Shown here: positions 52,329 through 62,223 of the stretch, in pieces | How positions within the stretch are numbered: the stretch's first letter is position 1 | Layout: every line of letters begins with the position of its first letter | DNA from: Dehalococcoidia bacterium | GTDB lineage: Bacteria > Chloroflexota > Dehalococcoidia > UBA2979 | Assembly (NCBI GenBank): GCA_965262725.1 | Contig: OZ253555.1 | Location: 352,001 to 416,000 of the forward strand | Reading direction: 5' to 3' | DNA length: 64,000 nucleotides | Notes under the pieces: generated by a model | Seen by the model: the letters and a program-made list of their open reading frames with translations, nothing else | What the model was told of the DNA's origin: nothing | Databases searched by the model: none | Made by a program: the position numbers and the translations under genes

Positions 52329-53352
52329 ATGTTGAGGATAGTCCATGAGGGAGGCGAGCGGGAAGCGGGGCCGGGGACGCAGGTCGGACTGGACGAGCTC
52401 TGCCGTATGGCCGCCCAGGAGATGCTCGGGGTGGCGCTGGAGGCCGAACGGCAGGCCTACCTCGAGCGTCACGCGGGCGCGGTCGATGGAGAGGGCCGCC
52501 GCGTGGTCGTCGGCAACGGCTACGCCCGCGCGAGAGAGATCACGACCGCCGCGGGACGGGTCGCCGTACAGGCGCCGCGCGTCGACGACCGCCGTCCCGG
52601 CGAGCGCTACATCTCGGCGCTTCTGCCGCCCTACATGCGGCGCTCGCCCAAGGTGACCGAGGTGTTGCCGCTGCTCTACCTGCGCGGGCTCTCGACGGGC
52701 GACTTCCTGCCCGCCCTGTCGGCGTTCTTCGGCTCGGGGGCGGGGCTCTCCGCCTCGACCGTGGGGCGGCTCACGGAGGCGTGGCAGGCCGAGCACGAGC
52801 GCTGGCAGCGACGCAGCCTGGCCGAAGTCGACTACGTCTACCTCTGGGCGGACGGCGTCCACTTCACCGTGCGTCTCGAGGAGGACCGGCTCTGCTGCCT
52901 GGTGCTGGTCGGGGTGCGCCCGGACGGCCGCAAGGAGCTGGTGGCCGTGCAGGACGGCTACCGTGAGGACACCCAGTCCTGGCTCGACCTGCTGCGGGAC
53001 CTGCGCGAGCGGGGCATGCGCGACCCCGAGCTGGCCGTCGGCGACGGGGCGCTCGGGTTCTGGGCGGCGCTGCGGGAGGTCTTCCCCCGGACCCGCGAGC
53101 AGCGCTGCTGGGTGCACAAGACCGCGAACGTCCTGGCGTCGCTGCCCGAGCGCGTCCAGGGGGAAGCAACGCGGGCGCTCCACGCCGTCTCCGGAGCCGC
53201 GACGCGCGCCGGGGCGCTGGATGCGGCGCGCACCTTCGCCGGGCAGTTCGCGCAGTGGCCGAAGGCGACAGCGAAGGTCGCCGACGACCTCGAACGGCTG
53301 CTCGCGTTCCACGACTTCCCGTCCGAGCACCACGCGCACCTGCGCACAACGA
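52329..53352 (+). pseudogene. IS256 transposase, 5' part
   Basis: LYLRGLSTGD, YLWADGV, LAVGDGALGF, QRCWVHK; ends HLRTT. Confidence 0.93.
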
Positions 53353-53519
53353 GTAGGGTGAGGAGCTGGCGCGGTACGCGCTGTAGGCCGGTGGCGCTCT
53401 TGTTCCGAGCAGGTTTCCCCGCGGTGCCCAATCCCACGGCCATGGCATATCGCCCGTTTCCAGCTCCTCCCCGTCAAACCGGACAGGCGGTTCTCCCGCA
53501 TCCGGCTTACCGACGCCCT

Positions 53520-54313
53520 TCACCGGACGGCATTCGGTTTCACCCGCCACGACCGGTTCGGCCGCGGTGCGACAACCCATCCACTGAGCGAGAGCAGACC
53601 GAGGCGGGTCGCATGGCGGTATGACACGCCGTACCGCAGACGTTGCCGACTGCGCCGACGCTTACCCCACCACACCACCAGCCGCAACGCGGCGTACGCA
53701 CTGAGCTTGCGGAACGACTTCGCCACGTTCCCGTAACGAAAATAGCCCGCCCAGCCGCGCAGGAGGCGGTTCACCTCCTGCACGATGCGCTCCACGCTCA
53801 ACACCAACCGTGACCGCACCGTCATCTCACGGATGCGGTCACGTGCATGCTGCATCGCTCGTCGCGAGGGAAAGCGTGCAAGGAATCGGAGATTCGAACC
53901 CCGCCTAGCCCGTACCCACCGGTGTTCAAAGCCGAGGAACTCCAGCCCCTCGCCTCCTTCCGCCAGGTGCACGATGCGGGTCTTCTCCGCCTTCAGCTCC
54001 AGTCCGAGCTCGGCGACCAGCTCACGGAGCAGCGCCAGCGCCGCATCCGCTTCCCGCTGCGTTCCGCAGAGCACCACAAGGTCGTCGGCATATCGCACCA
54101 GCACTCCCCGGCCCCTCGTCTCCCATTCCCGGTCAACCCGGTGCAGATAGACGTTGGCCAGAAGCGGGGATACTACCCCGCCCTGTGGCGTACCCGTCAC
54201 GCTGTGCCGCACGGCCCCGGACTCCATCACCCCGGCACGGAGCATCGCCCGCACCAGCTTCAGGAGCTTCCGGTCATATATCCGCTCCTCCACCGCCTCC
54301 ATCAACCGGTCGT
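53520..54313 (-). pseudogene. ltrA: group II intron RT/maturase, segment 3 (no endonuclease domain)
   Basis: GTPQGGVVSPLLANVYL, RYADD, KTRIV, FLGF, LRGWAGYF. Confidence 0.93.
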
Positions 54314-54450
54314 GTAGGGTCAGGTGGGAATGATGCTCTGAATTGGCCCCACCTGGAGCCGTTTTGATCCTTTGAATTGGCCCCACCCCCGACCCATCCA
54401 GGACCTACGCTCGGGTGACTGCATGACTCCCGGAGCGAGGGAAGAGGAGT

Positions 54451-56085
54451 GTGTCGAGAGTGGAGCTGTTCGAGTCTATCCGACGGATGGCGAGGGAGGA
54501 GGAGCTGTCGATCCATGAGCTGGGACGCCGGCATGGCGTGCACCGGCGCACGGTGCGGCAGGCTCTTGGGTCGGCGATACCCCCGGAACGCAAGCAGGCG
54601 ACCCGCGTGGCCCCGAAGCTCGGGCCGTACGTCTCGGTCATCCGGGGCTGGCTCGTGGACGACCTCAGCGCGCCGCGCAAGCAGCGGCACACGGCCCGGC
54701 GCATCTGGGAGCGCCTCGTCGACGAACACGGGGCGACGGTGGCCGAGCCCACGGTCCGCGCCTGCGTCGCGCGCCTGCGTCGCGAGATCCAGGGCGGGCG
54801 CGCGGTTGTGACGATCCCGCAGGTCCATCCTCCCGGCGAGGAGGCGGAGGTCGACTTCGGCACGGTGACGGTGTGGCTGGAGGGCGTCGAGACCCGGCTG
54901 GCGATGTTCGTGATGCGGCTCTCGCATTCGGGGCGGGCGGCGCACGTCTGCTTCGTCGGCGAGGGCCAGGAGTCTCTGCTCGAGGGGCACGTGGTCGCCT
55001 TCGAGCGGCTCGGCGGAGTGCCGCGGCGCATCCGCTACGACAATCTGACGGCGGCCGTCACCACCGTGCTGCAGGGACGCGAGCGCCTGCAGACCGAGCG
55101 CTTCATCGCGCTCCGCTCGCATTACGGCTTCGACAGCTTCTTCTGTGAGCCCGGCATCGAGGGCGCGCACGAGAAGGGCGGTGTGGAGGGCGAGGTCGGC
55201 CGCTTCCGCCGGCGGCACTTCGTGCCGGTCCCGAAGGTGGCGACCCTCGGCGAGCTGAACGAACGAGTGCGGGAGGCGGACCGCACCGACGACGCCCGGC
55301 ACATCGAGAGCCGCCTCGCCACCGTCGGCGAGATGGGAGAGAACGAGAAGGCCTCGCTGCGTCCGCTTCCGGCGGAGCGCTTCGACCCGTCAATCCCGCT
55401 GCGCGCGAAGGTCGACCGCAAGGCGCGCATCGCCGTGCGTAGCTCCCGCTACTCGGTCCCGGCGGCCTATGCAGGCCGGAAGCTGGACGTGCGGCTGTCC
55501 GGGAACAGCCTGACCGTGTGGGCCGAGGGGCGTGAAGTCGCCCACCACGAGCGCAGCGCCCGCACCGGAGCAGAGGTCCTGCTGCTCGACCACTATCTGG
55601 AGGTGCTCGCGCGCAAGCCCGGGGCGGTCCCGGGCTCGGTGGCGCTCCAGCAGGCGCGTGCGAAGGGACACGTCACAGCCGAGCATCAGCGCTTCTGGGA
55701 CCGCGCCCGCCGCAAGCTCGGCGACCGCGCGGGCACGCAGGCGTACATCGAGGTCCTGCTCCTGCATCGCCATCTTCCCTTCACGGCGGTGCACGCCGCG
55801 CTCGGGACGGTCAACAGGATCCAGTCGGTGAACCCCGAACTGGTCGCCATCGAGGCGCGCCGTCTCGCCGACCGCAGGCCACCAGACGCCGCCGTCGAGA
55901 GACCGCACCTGGAGCGCTACGACCGACCTGCCCCGCTCCTCGATGGCTACGATGCGCTGCTCTCGGGTGATTCCCGATGGCCCGGCACGTCGCCGGGCGG
56001 GCGCTCCCGCGCTCCGCGGTCTGCCGAGAACGCGTCGCACACCACCACAACCGCCGTCACCGCTGCGGTGTCGACGGCACGCTGA
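54451..56085 (+). CDS. istA: IS21 transposase IstA
   Basis: HTH, EAEVDFG, GGVPRRIRYDN, HEKGGVE, YSVP. Confidence 0.93.
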   Translation: MSRVELFESIRRMAREEELSIHELGRRHGVHRRTVRQALGSAIPPERKQATRVAPKLGPYVSVIRGWLVDDLSAPRKQRHTARRIWERLVDEHGATVAEPTVRACVARLRREIQGGRAVVTIPQVHPPGEEAEVDFGTVTVWLEGVETRLAMFVMRLSHSGRAAHVCFVGEGQESLLEGHVVAFERLGGVPRRIRYDNLTAAVTTVLQGRERLQTERFIALRSHYGFDSFFCEPGIEGAHEKGGVEGEVGRFRRRHFVPVPKVATLGELNERVREADRTDDARHIESRLATVGEMGENEKASLRPLPAERFDPSIPLRAKVDRKARIAVRSSRYSVPAAYAGRKLDVRLSGNSLTVWAEGREVAHHERSARTGAEVLLLDHYLEVLARKPGAVPGSVALQQARAKGHVTAEHQRFWDRARRKLGDRAGTQAYIEVLLLHRHLPFTAVHAALGTVNRIQSVNPELVAIEARRLADRRPPDAAVERPHLERYDRPAPLLDGYDALLSGDSRWPGTSPGGRSRAPRSAENASHTTTTAVTAAVSTAR

Positions 56086-56101
56086 CCACAGGAGGCACCC
56101 G

Positions 56102-56884
56102 ATGACAGCACCCCTCACCGACCAGGCCGCGGAGCTGACAATCGAGGCGATCTGCCGCGAGCTCCGTCTCCCCACCGTCAGGAAGCAGGCGCTCCCGCTC
56201 GCCGAAGCCGCGGTCCGAGACCGGATCACCCATCTGGGCTATCTCGCCGAAGTGCTGGGAGCCGAACGCGATGACCGTGAGGAGCGGCGCCGTCAGCGCC
56301 GTATCGTCGAGGCGCGGTTCCCGCGTTTCAAGTACCTCGCCGACTTCGACCTCGAGGCGGCGCCGACAGTCGACGCGCCGGCGCTCGCCACGCTGGAGCG
56401 CTGCGACTGGGTCGAAAGGGGCGAGCCCGTCGTCCTGCTCGGTGACAGCGGCACCGGGAAGTCACACCTGCTCATCGGCCTCGGCATGGCCGCCTGCCAC
56501 CTGGGGCTGCGCGTGCGGTACATGACCACGGCCGCCCTGGTGAATGAACTGGCCGAAGCGTCGGATGATCGCGCGCTCTCACGCCTCGTCGCCCGCTACG
56601 GCCGCCTCGACCTGCTCTGCCTGGATGAGTTCGGGTACGTCCACCTCGACCCGCGCGGTGCCGAAATGCTGTTCCAGATCCTGACCGAGCGCGAGGAACG
56701 GGCATCGGTCGCCGTCGCCTCCAACTCCCCGTTCTCCGAGTGGGGCCGCATCTTCACCGACCCTCGTCTCGCCGCGGCCGTCGTTGACCGCCTCACCTAC
56801 CGTGCCCATATCATCGAGACCGGCACCGAGTCCTACCGGCTCCGGGCCTCGACCTCCCCGAGAGGAGGTGCCCCAACGACCTGA
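56102..56884 (+). CDS. istB: IS21 helper ATPase IstB
   Basis: GDSGTGKSHL, LLCLDEFGY, SN.PFSEW, AVVDRL, GTESYRL. Confidence 0.93.
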   Translation: MTAPLTDQAAELTIEAICRELRLPTVRKQALPLAEAAVRDRITHLGYLAEVLGAERDDREERRRQRRIVEARFPRFKYLADFDLEAAPTVDAPALATLERCDWVERGEPVVLLGDSGTGKSHLLIGLGMAACHLGLRVRYMTTAALVNELAEASDDRALSRLVARYGRLDLLCLDEFGYVHLDPRGAEMLFQILTEREERASVAVASNSPFSEWGRIFTDPRLAAAVVDRLTYRAHIIETGTESYRLRASTSPRGGAPTT

Positions 56885-57808
56885 TCCCGGTCCCCGGGGG
56901 TGGGGCCAGATCAGAGGATCAAAGTGGGGCCAGATGTAAGCATCATTCCCAGTCAGGGGCTGGCGCGGTGCGAGCCGTAGGCGGTGGCGCATCAGTTCCA
57001 AGCCGGTTTCCCGGTGGTGCCCAACTCCACGGCCATAGCAGCGTCCGTCTCCAGCCCCTGCCACATCGAACCGGACGTGAGGTTCTCCCTCATCCGGCTC
57101 ACCGATGCCCTTCACCAGATGGCATGCAGCGCTCCCCACAACGTGGGTCGTGCCTTGGCCAGCCGGTACAGCATGTGCGGAGAGCCTCGAATCCTACCAA
57201 GTGGTTGCTAGCCCCGAGGGGCACTCACCAGTCCACACCCCCAGCAACATGCACGGACAAAGTAGGGGTCCTTCCCATCACCGGCGGTTATGTTGTCCGT
57301 CCGGCTCCAGCGGTACTACGACCCCCTCCGCCACCCTTCCGGCTGGCTGTCCACTTCCCGGCTCTGACCGGTTATAGGACGCCTCGCTCCGACGCCCTCT
57401 CACAGGGTGCCGGGCCGGGGAGGGCTTCTCCGGTTCCCGTCGCTACCTTCCGTACGTTCCACGTCCCATACGCCGGGAGGTTTCTTGAGGCTGCATTCCA
57501 GGATCTTCACCTCGTCCATGGCCTTCGCCCTGACCACCCGGGCTCGGCTCCTCCTTGGTCCTGTCAATAGACAGGCGAGTCTCACGGCGCGGCAGACTTC
57601 GCGTCATGCTGCGGACCGCACGTTTGCTCCCCCTCATAGGGCTCTTGACGTCGGGCTTCGACGCAGACCGTTTCCCGTCCACGCCGCCGACCTGCTAACG
57701 GGCCTCCTGACAGTTACCCGTGCCGGACTCTCACCGGCTGGCAGCAACGAGCATGTCTCCGGACCGGTCACGTCATCACGTCACCACCCCTTCGACTTCC
57801 GGACGCAC

Positions 57809-58128
57809 GCGGTATCGACTCGAAACACGAGGCGATATCCGTCTCCACCACCCATCGCCGACCCCGCCACGTCTCATCAATGAGCACTTGCAGGGCATCA
57901 TGCGCCGCACGCTTCGGGCGAAAGCCAAAGCTACACGGCAGAAAGTCGGCCTCAAAGACCGGCTCCGCCACCAGCTTCAGCGCTGCCTGTACGATGCGGT
58001 CGTGGACCGTCGGGATAGAGAGCGGTCGTCGCTCCGACCGTCCGGGCTTGGGAATCCAGACCCGGCGGCTCGGCTGCACGCGATAGCTCTCCGCCTTCAG
58101 TTCCACGGACAGTTCGTCAAGCAGTCGG
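57809..58128 (-). pseudogene. ltrA: group II intron RT/maturase, segment 2
   Basis: RRVWIPKPG..RPLSIPTVHDRIVQ..SFGFRPKR..WVVETDIASCFESIP. Confidence 0.93.
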
Positions 58129-58224
58129 TGTCGATCGCCAGGGTCATTGATCCACGCGTCGCCACGGTCATTAGACCACCCGGGACGCCGGTAGGCGGCT
58201 TGATATCAGTGAGCGTCTAGCGCG

Positions 58225-58998
58225 TCAATCACCTCCCGTCTGCGCCTCGAGCAGGGCGCGGTGCGGCGAGAGCCGCTGGCGGTAGCTATCGCCCTCGATC
58301 ACGATCTGGTAGCTGGCGTTGGCGAGGCGGTCGAGGGCGCTGTTGCCGAGGATCGGGTCGTCGAAGAGACCCAGCCATTCCTCCACGGCGCGGTTCGAGG
58401 TGATGACGAAGCTGGAGCTGCGGTGGCGCCCGATGACCAGCTCGTAGAGGTCGATGGACTGCTGCGCGCTGAGGCGATGGAGCCCGAGGTCGTCGAGGAT
58501 GAGCAGGTCGGGCGCGAGGAAGCTTCGGAAGACCTTCTCGGCCGAGTGGTCGACGCGGGCCTGCGCCATCTCGCGGAAGTAGTGGTCGGCCGGGGCGAAG
58601 CGGACGCTGCGTCCGGAGCGGACGGCTGAGTAGCCGAGCGCCTGGGCTAAGAAGCTCTTGCCGACGCCGACGGGGCCGACGAGCAGGACGTGCTCGCGGC
58701 GGTCGAGGAAGTGCAGCGAGAAGGCGGCGTCGAGCAGGCGGCGGTCGAGCCGGATGGCGGCCGCCCAGTCGAAGTCCTCGAGGCGGCAGAGCTGCTCGAA
58801 GCCGGCCTGGCGCAGGCGCAGCTCCAACCGCCCGTGGTCGCGGCGGCTCACCTCGTCGACGAGCAGGATCTGCAGGAAGTCCGCGTAGTCGAGGTGGTCG
58901 CGCCGCGCGAGGGCGATGCGCTCGGGCAACGTGTCGAGCATGCGGCCGAGCTTGAGGCGCTTGAGCAGCGGACGGAGGTCTGAGGTGGTGGCGGTCAT
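58225..58998 (-). CDS. istB: IS21 helper ATPase IstB
   Basis: GPVGVGKSFL, LLILDDLG, ITSNR, ALDRL, GDSYR. Confidence 0.93.
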   Translation of the reverse strand: MTATTSDLRPLLKRLKLGRMLDTLPERIALARRDHLDYADFLQILLVDEVSRRDHGRLELRLRQAGFEQLCRLEDFDWAAAIRLDRRLLDAAFSLHFLDRREHVLLVGPVGVGKSFLAQALGYSAVRSGRSVRFAPADHYFREMAQARVDHSAEKVFRSFLAPDLLILDDLGLHRLSAQQSIDLYELVIGRHRSSSFVITSNRAVEEWLGLFDDPILGNSALDRLANASYQIVIEGDSYRQRLSPHRALLEAQTGGD

Positions 58999-60575
58999 CG
59001 TGGTGCTCCTGTCGGGGTCTGCGTGCGGGACTGTGCGAAGACGGAGCCCGAGTGGGCGAAGCGCCCCGGAGGCGGCGGCAGCTCGGGCTGGTCTGGGGTG
59101 CTCTCCTGGTCGAGGGCCTCGACGAGGATGCGCTCGAGGCGGCGCACGTCGATGAGGTCGACCTCGAGCGCGCGGCGGCAGGCGGCGTCGAGGCGGTCCG
59201 GGGAGTAGCGCTCGGCGAGGCGCAGCAGCTTGTGGCCCTGCCGGAGCTTCGCCCAGGGCAGGGAGCCCTCGAAGAGACGCTCGGCGTAGGCGCCCACGGC
59301 CTCCCCCAGCTCGGCGGCGCGGCGCTGTATCCAGTCGGGCGCCCGCCTGGTGTAGGGGGTGAGCTCGGCCGGGTAGTCGTTCGGGTCGGTGGCCCGGCCG
59401 CCCCGGCGCTGGTGCGCGTGGACCTTGATGAGCTGACCGCGGTGGTAGATGCGCACCAGCTTCGAGCCGAGCTGCACCTCGACCTTCTGGCGGGGCGGGC
59501 AGGCCGTGGACGGCACCGAGTACAGCGCGTACTGGCAGGCGATGTGGTGGTCGGGATGGACCGTGGCGGTCCGCCAGTCGGGGACCTCGTAGGGCTCGCC
59601 GTCCCAGGGAGCGAGGAGAGGGAGCTCCTCCTCCCGGAAGACCTCGAGCGGCCGGCGGCGTGTCGTGCCGTGGATGCGCTGTCCCGCCACCTCCAGGCAC
59701 CAGCTGCGGGCGGCGGAGCGCAGGTCGACGACGTCCCGGAAGTCGCCGCCCTTGAAGAGGCGCTCGCGCACGTAGGGGATGCTGCGCTCGACGCGCGGCT
59801 TGTCGCGGGGATGACGCACGCGCGCGGGGTCGGTGATGAAGCCTCTGTGGCGGGCGTACTCGAGGAAGCCCCGCGTGAAGCGCGGGTGCAGCGCGTCGGC
59901 CCCGGCGACGGCGGCCGGGAAGTTATCGATGACGAGGTAGCGCGGCACGCCCCCGAAGAAGGCCCAGGCCTCCTCCAGGCCCTCGATCACAGCGTCCAGC
60001 TTCTGGCTGGTGGTGGGCCACACAAAGCAGTGGCGGGAGTAGCGCCAGACGACGACCAGCGCCCACACCGCGCGCCGGCGGCCGCTCTCGGGGTCCCGGA
60101 TGAAGCCGAGGCGGCCGAAGTCCATCTCCGCCACCTCGCCCGGCGGCCCGTCGTCCATGCGCACGGTCGACGGCAGCCGGTGGCGCCAGCCGCGGCGCCG
60201 GATGAAACGCCGCAGCGTGGTGTAGGAGACCTCGCAGCCTCGTCCGGCGAGGAGCTCCTGGATGCGCGTCAGTTGCAGGCGGTCGGTCTCAAGCCAGCGC
60301 TCGATCCGCTCCGCCCAGGGCGAGAGCAGCTCCTCGCTCGGCGCCTCGACCTGCCGCGGGCCGGAGAGGCTCAGCGTCGCCAGCGCGGCGAGCTGCTCCT
60401 CACTCGGCTCGGGACCGCCCGGCGTGAGGCCGGCCGCCTCGGCCGCCTCGACGTAGCGGCGCACCGTCACGCGCGATAGCCCCGTGCCGCTGGCGATGCG
60501 GCGCTGGCTGAGCCCCGCCTGCCAGCGTCGAATGATCTCCTGGATCTCCACCCCGTGTACCTCCCGGTAGGCCAT
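58995..60575 (-). CDS. istA: IS21 transposase IstA
   Basis: AEMDFG, FGGVPRYLVIDN, DKPRVER, HGTT, YSVP. Confidence 0.93.
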   Translation of the reverse strand: MAYREVHGVEIQEIIRRWQAGLSQRRIASGTGLSRVTVRRYVEAAEAAGLTPGGPEPSEEQLAALATLSLSGPRQVEAPSEELLSPWAERIERWLETDRLQLTRIQELLAGRGCEVSYTTLRRFIRRRGWRHRLPSTVRMDDGPPGEVAEMDFGRLGFIRDPESGRRRAVWALVVVWRYSRHCFVWPTTSQKLDAVIEGLEEAWAFFGGVPRYLVIDNFPAAVAGADALHPRFTRGFLEYARHRGFITDPARVRHPRDKPRVERSIPYVRERLFKGGDFRDVVDLRSAARSWCLEVAGQRIHGTTRRRPLEVFREEELPLLAPWDGEPYEVPDWRTATVHPDHHIACQYALYSVPSTACPPRQKVEVQLGSKLVRIYHRGQLIKVHAHQRRGGRATDPNDYPAELTPYTRRAPDWIQRRAAELGEAVGAYAERLFEGSLPWAKLRQGHKLLRLAERYSPDRLDAACRRALEVDLIDVRRLERILVEALDQESTPDQPELPPPPGRFAHSGSVFAQSRTQTPTGAPR

Positions 60576-60732
60576 CGCTGCTCCCTCCGCTGGGGATGCA
60601 GGCGATGGTGGCCGTACCGGCGACCCGGGCGGGCAGGAGTCCCTGACGGGGTGGATCAATGACCCTGGCGAAGTGGATCAATGACCCTGGCGATCTGGCG
60701 ATTTCGTGGTCTATAGACCTTGGCGATTCACA

Positions 60733-60960
60733 CAGTCGGTCCACGCCGTAGCGTTCGACCTCGGCAAGGGTGATGCCGTCGATGCCGGCTGCGCCGCGAT
60801 TGCGACGCACTTGCCCCCACCCGCGCTCCAGAACGTCCCTGCGGTGGACCTTGTCGTAGAGCGCATGAAAACGTCGTCCGGGCTCGGCCTTGGCCGCCCG
60901 GTAGAGCGTGCGCTGTAGTTCTCGGACCGTTTCCTTGGCGGGTCTAGCCTCCACGGGCAC
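60733..60960 (-). pseudogene. ltrA: group II intron RT/maturase, segment 1 (RT0)
   Basis: VRELQRTLYRAAK..RFHALYDKV..VRRNRGAAGIDG. Confidence 0.92.
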
Positions 60961-61539
60961 TCACCGATCCTTCCCCAAGCAACACGCACAGGCGAAGTAG
61001 CGGCCCTTCCCTCACCGGCGGTTCTGTTGTCCGCTCGGCTCAGTCGGTAATATGGCCGCCTCCGACTCCCTCCCGGCAGGTCGCCCACTTCCCGGCTCAT
61101 CACCGGTTATAGGACGCCTCACTCCGACACCATTCCGCAGGTACCGGGCCGGGGAGGGCCTCCCTTGTTCCCGTTGTCACCTTCCACACGTTCCACGCCC
61201 CTTACGCCGGGAAGTTCTTCGAGATTGCGATTCCAGGTCTTCATCTCTTCCATGGCCTTCGCCCTGAGGGTCGGGGCTCGGCTCTTCCTCTTTCCCGCCA
61301 ATGGCGGGGACTCTTACGACGCGGCAGGCTTCGCTTTATGCTGCGGACCGTGTGTTTGCTTCCCCTGAAAGGGCTTTCGACGTCGGGCTCCGACCCGGTC
61401 CGTTTCCAGACCAAGCCGCCGACCTGCTACCGCAGCCTCCTGATAGTTACCCGGACCGGACTTGCACCGGTTGGCGACAACGAGCACGTCTCCAGACTGG
61501 TCAGGTCATCCTGCACCGTCCTTCAACTTCAAGGCGCAC

Positions 61540-61793
61540 ACCCGATCGAGTCCACCTTCGCGACGGTGCGGCTGCGCCAGCGCGTCACGAAGGGCGCCGG
61601 GTCGCGGTCGGCGGGACTGGCGATGGCCTACAAACTGCTCGACGCCGCGCAGCAGCGCTGGCGGCGGGTGAACGCCCCGCATCTCGTCGCCGTCGTCCGG
61701 GCGGGCGGCGTCTTCGTCGATGGCGTCCTACAGGAACGAGCCGTCAGCCCGGATCCGAGCGACGACGCACGCCACGGGAGGTACGCCGCCTGA
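61540..61793 (+). pseudogene. IS256 transposase, 3' part
   Basis: (N)PIESTFATVRLRQRVTKGAGSR..AMAYKL..WRRVNAPHLV. Confidence 0.93.
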
Positions 61794-62223
61794 CTTGCCC
61801 TGGCCAGCGATCCACAACTCTTGACGATATCTCGGTGCCGTCGGAGCGGCGCGTCTGGCGCGCTCTCTTCAGGGACTGACGCCTTCCCTGTAGTTCACCG
61901 GCGAAGGCATGTCCCGCCGCCGTCACGGGCTGCCCGTGCCGCTGCCTGATCGTTCTCCGCCCGCCGGCGTGGTCGGCCGGCGGCTGCGGCGACGCTCGAG
62001 TAGGTGCCGGCGACGACGCCGACCAGGAATGAACGGGATTCGCGTGGATGCGGCCCCTGTTGCGACCGTGCGAGATGGGGCGTCGGGCAACGACGCCATC
62101 GCTTCGGGGTCGGGCCGCCTTCGCGACGGTCCGTTGAGGATTGTAGTCTCGGGGGCGAGGGCAGCGATGCGAACGGGTGCATAGAGCAACGCAAGCGGCT
62201 GCGGGAGTGGGCCGGGGATCGTC

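Larger units (their letters stand above)
54325..56951 (+). mobile_element. IS21-family element 1
   Basis: Perfect 13-bp IR TGGGAATGATGCT / AGCATCATTCCCA; 6-bp TSD GTCAGG; subterminal TGGCCCCAC repeats. Confidence 0.95.
54314..57808 (-). ncRNA. ORF-less group II intron B, copy 2 (inner intron of the twintron), interrupted by IS21
   Basis: Near-identical to 28701-29562; 862 nt after removing the IS21 and its TSD; removal restores RT FESIP-H-DRL. Confidence 0.94.
58129..60732 (-). mobile_element. IS21-family element 2, inserted in the RT ORF
   Basis: IRs TGTCGATCGCCAGGGTC / TGTGAATCGCCAAGGTC; 7-bp TSD CAGTCGG at 58122-58128 and 60733-60739; GTGGATCAATGACCC subterminal repeats. Confidence 0.95.
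53353..61539 (-). ncRNA. group II intron A (RT-encoding; 2081 nt once nested insertions are removed)
   Basis: 5' GTGCG at 61539; domain V at 53476-53508; 3' end CCCTAC at 53353; removal restores the transposase motif LRTTNPIESTF. Confidence 0.94.
52226..61833 (+). mobile_element. IS256-family element carrying nested insertions
   Basis: Imperfect IRs GAGGTATAGCCAGAAGTTGTGGAT / ATCCACAACTCTTGACGATATCTC; 9-bp TSD GGTGCCGTC at 52217-52225 and 61834-61842. Confidence 0.95.

Noticed and set aside
53353-53624. C-terminus of the 431-aa IS256 ORF in the track
   Set aside because: It is read-through into antisense intron A; the real C-terminus is at 61540-61793.
53520-60960. Retron, DGR or defence-associated RT
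   Set aside because: RT0, YADD and maturase motifs together with the flanking ribozyme domains identify a group II intron protein; no msr/msd or TR/VR was seen.
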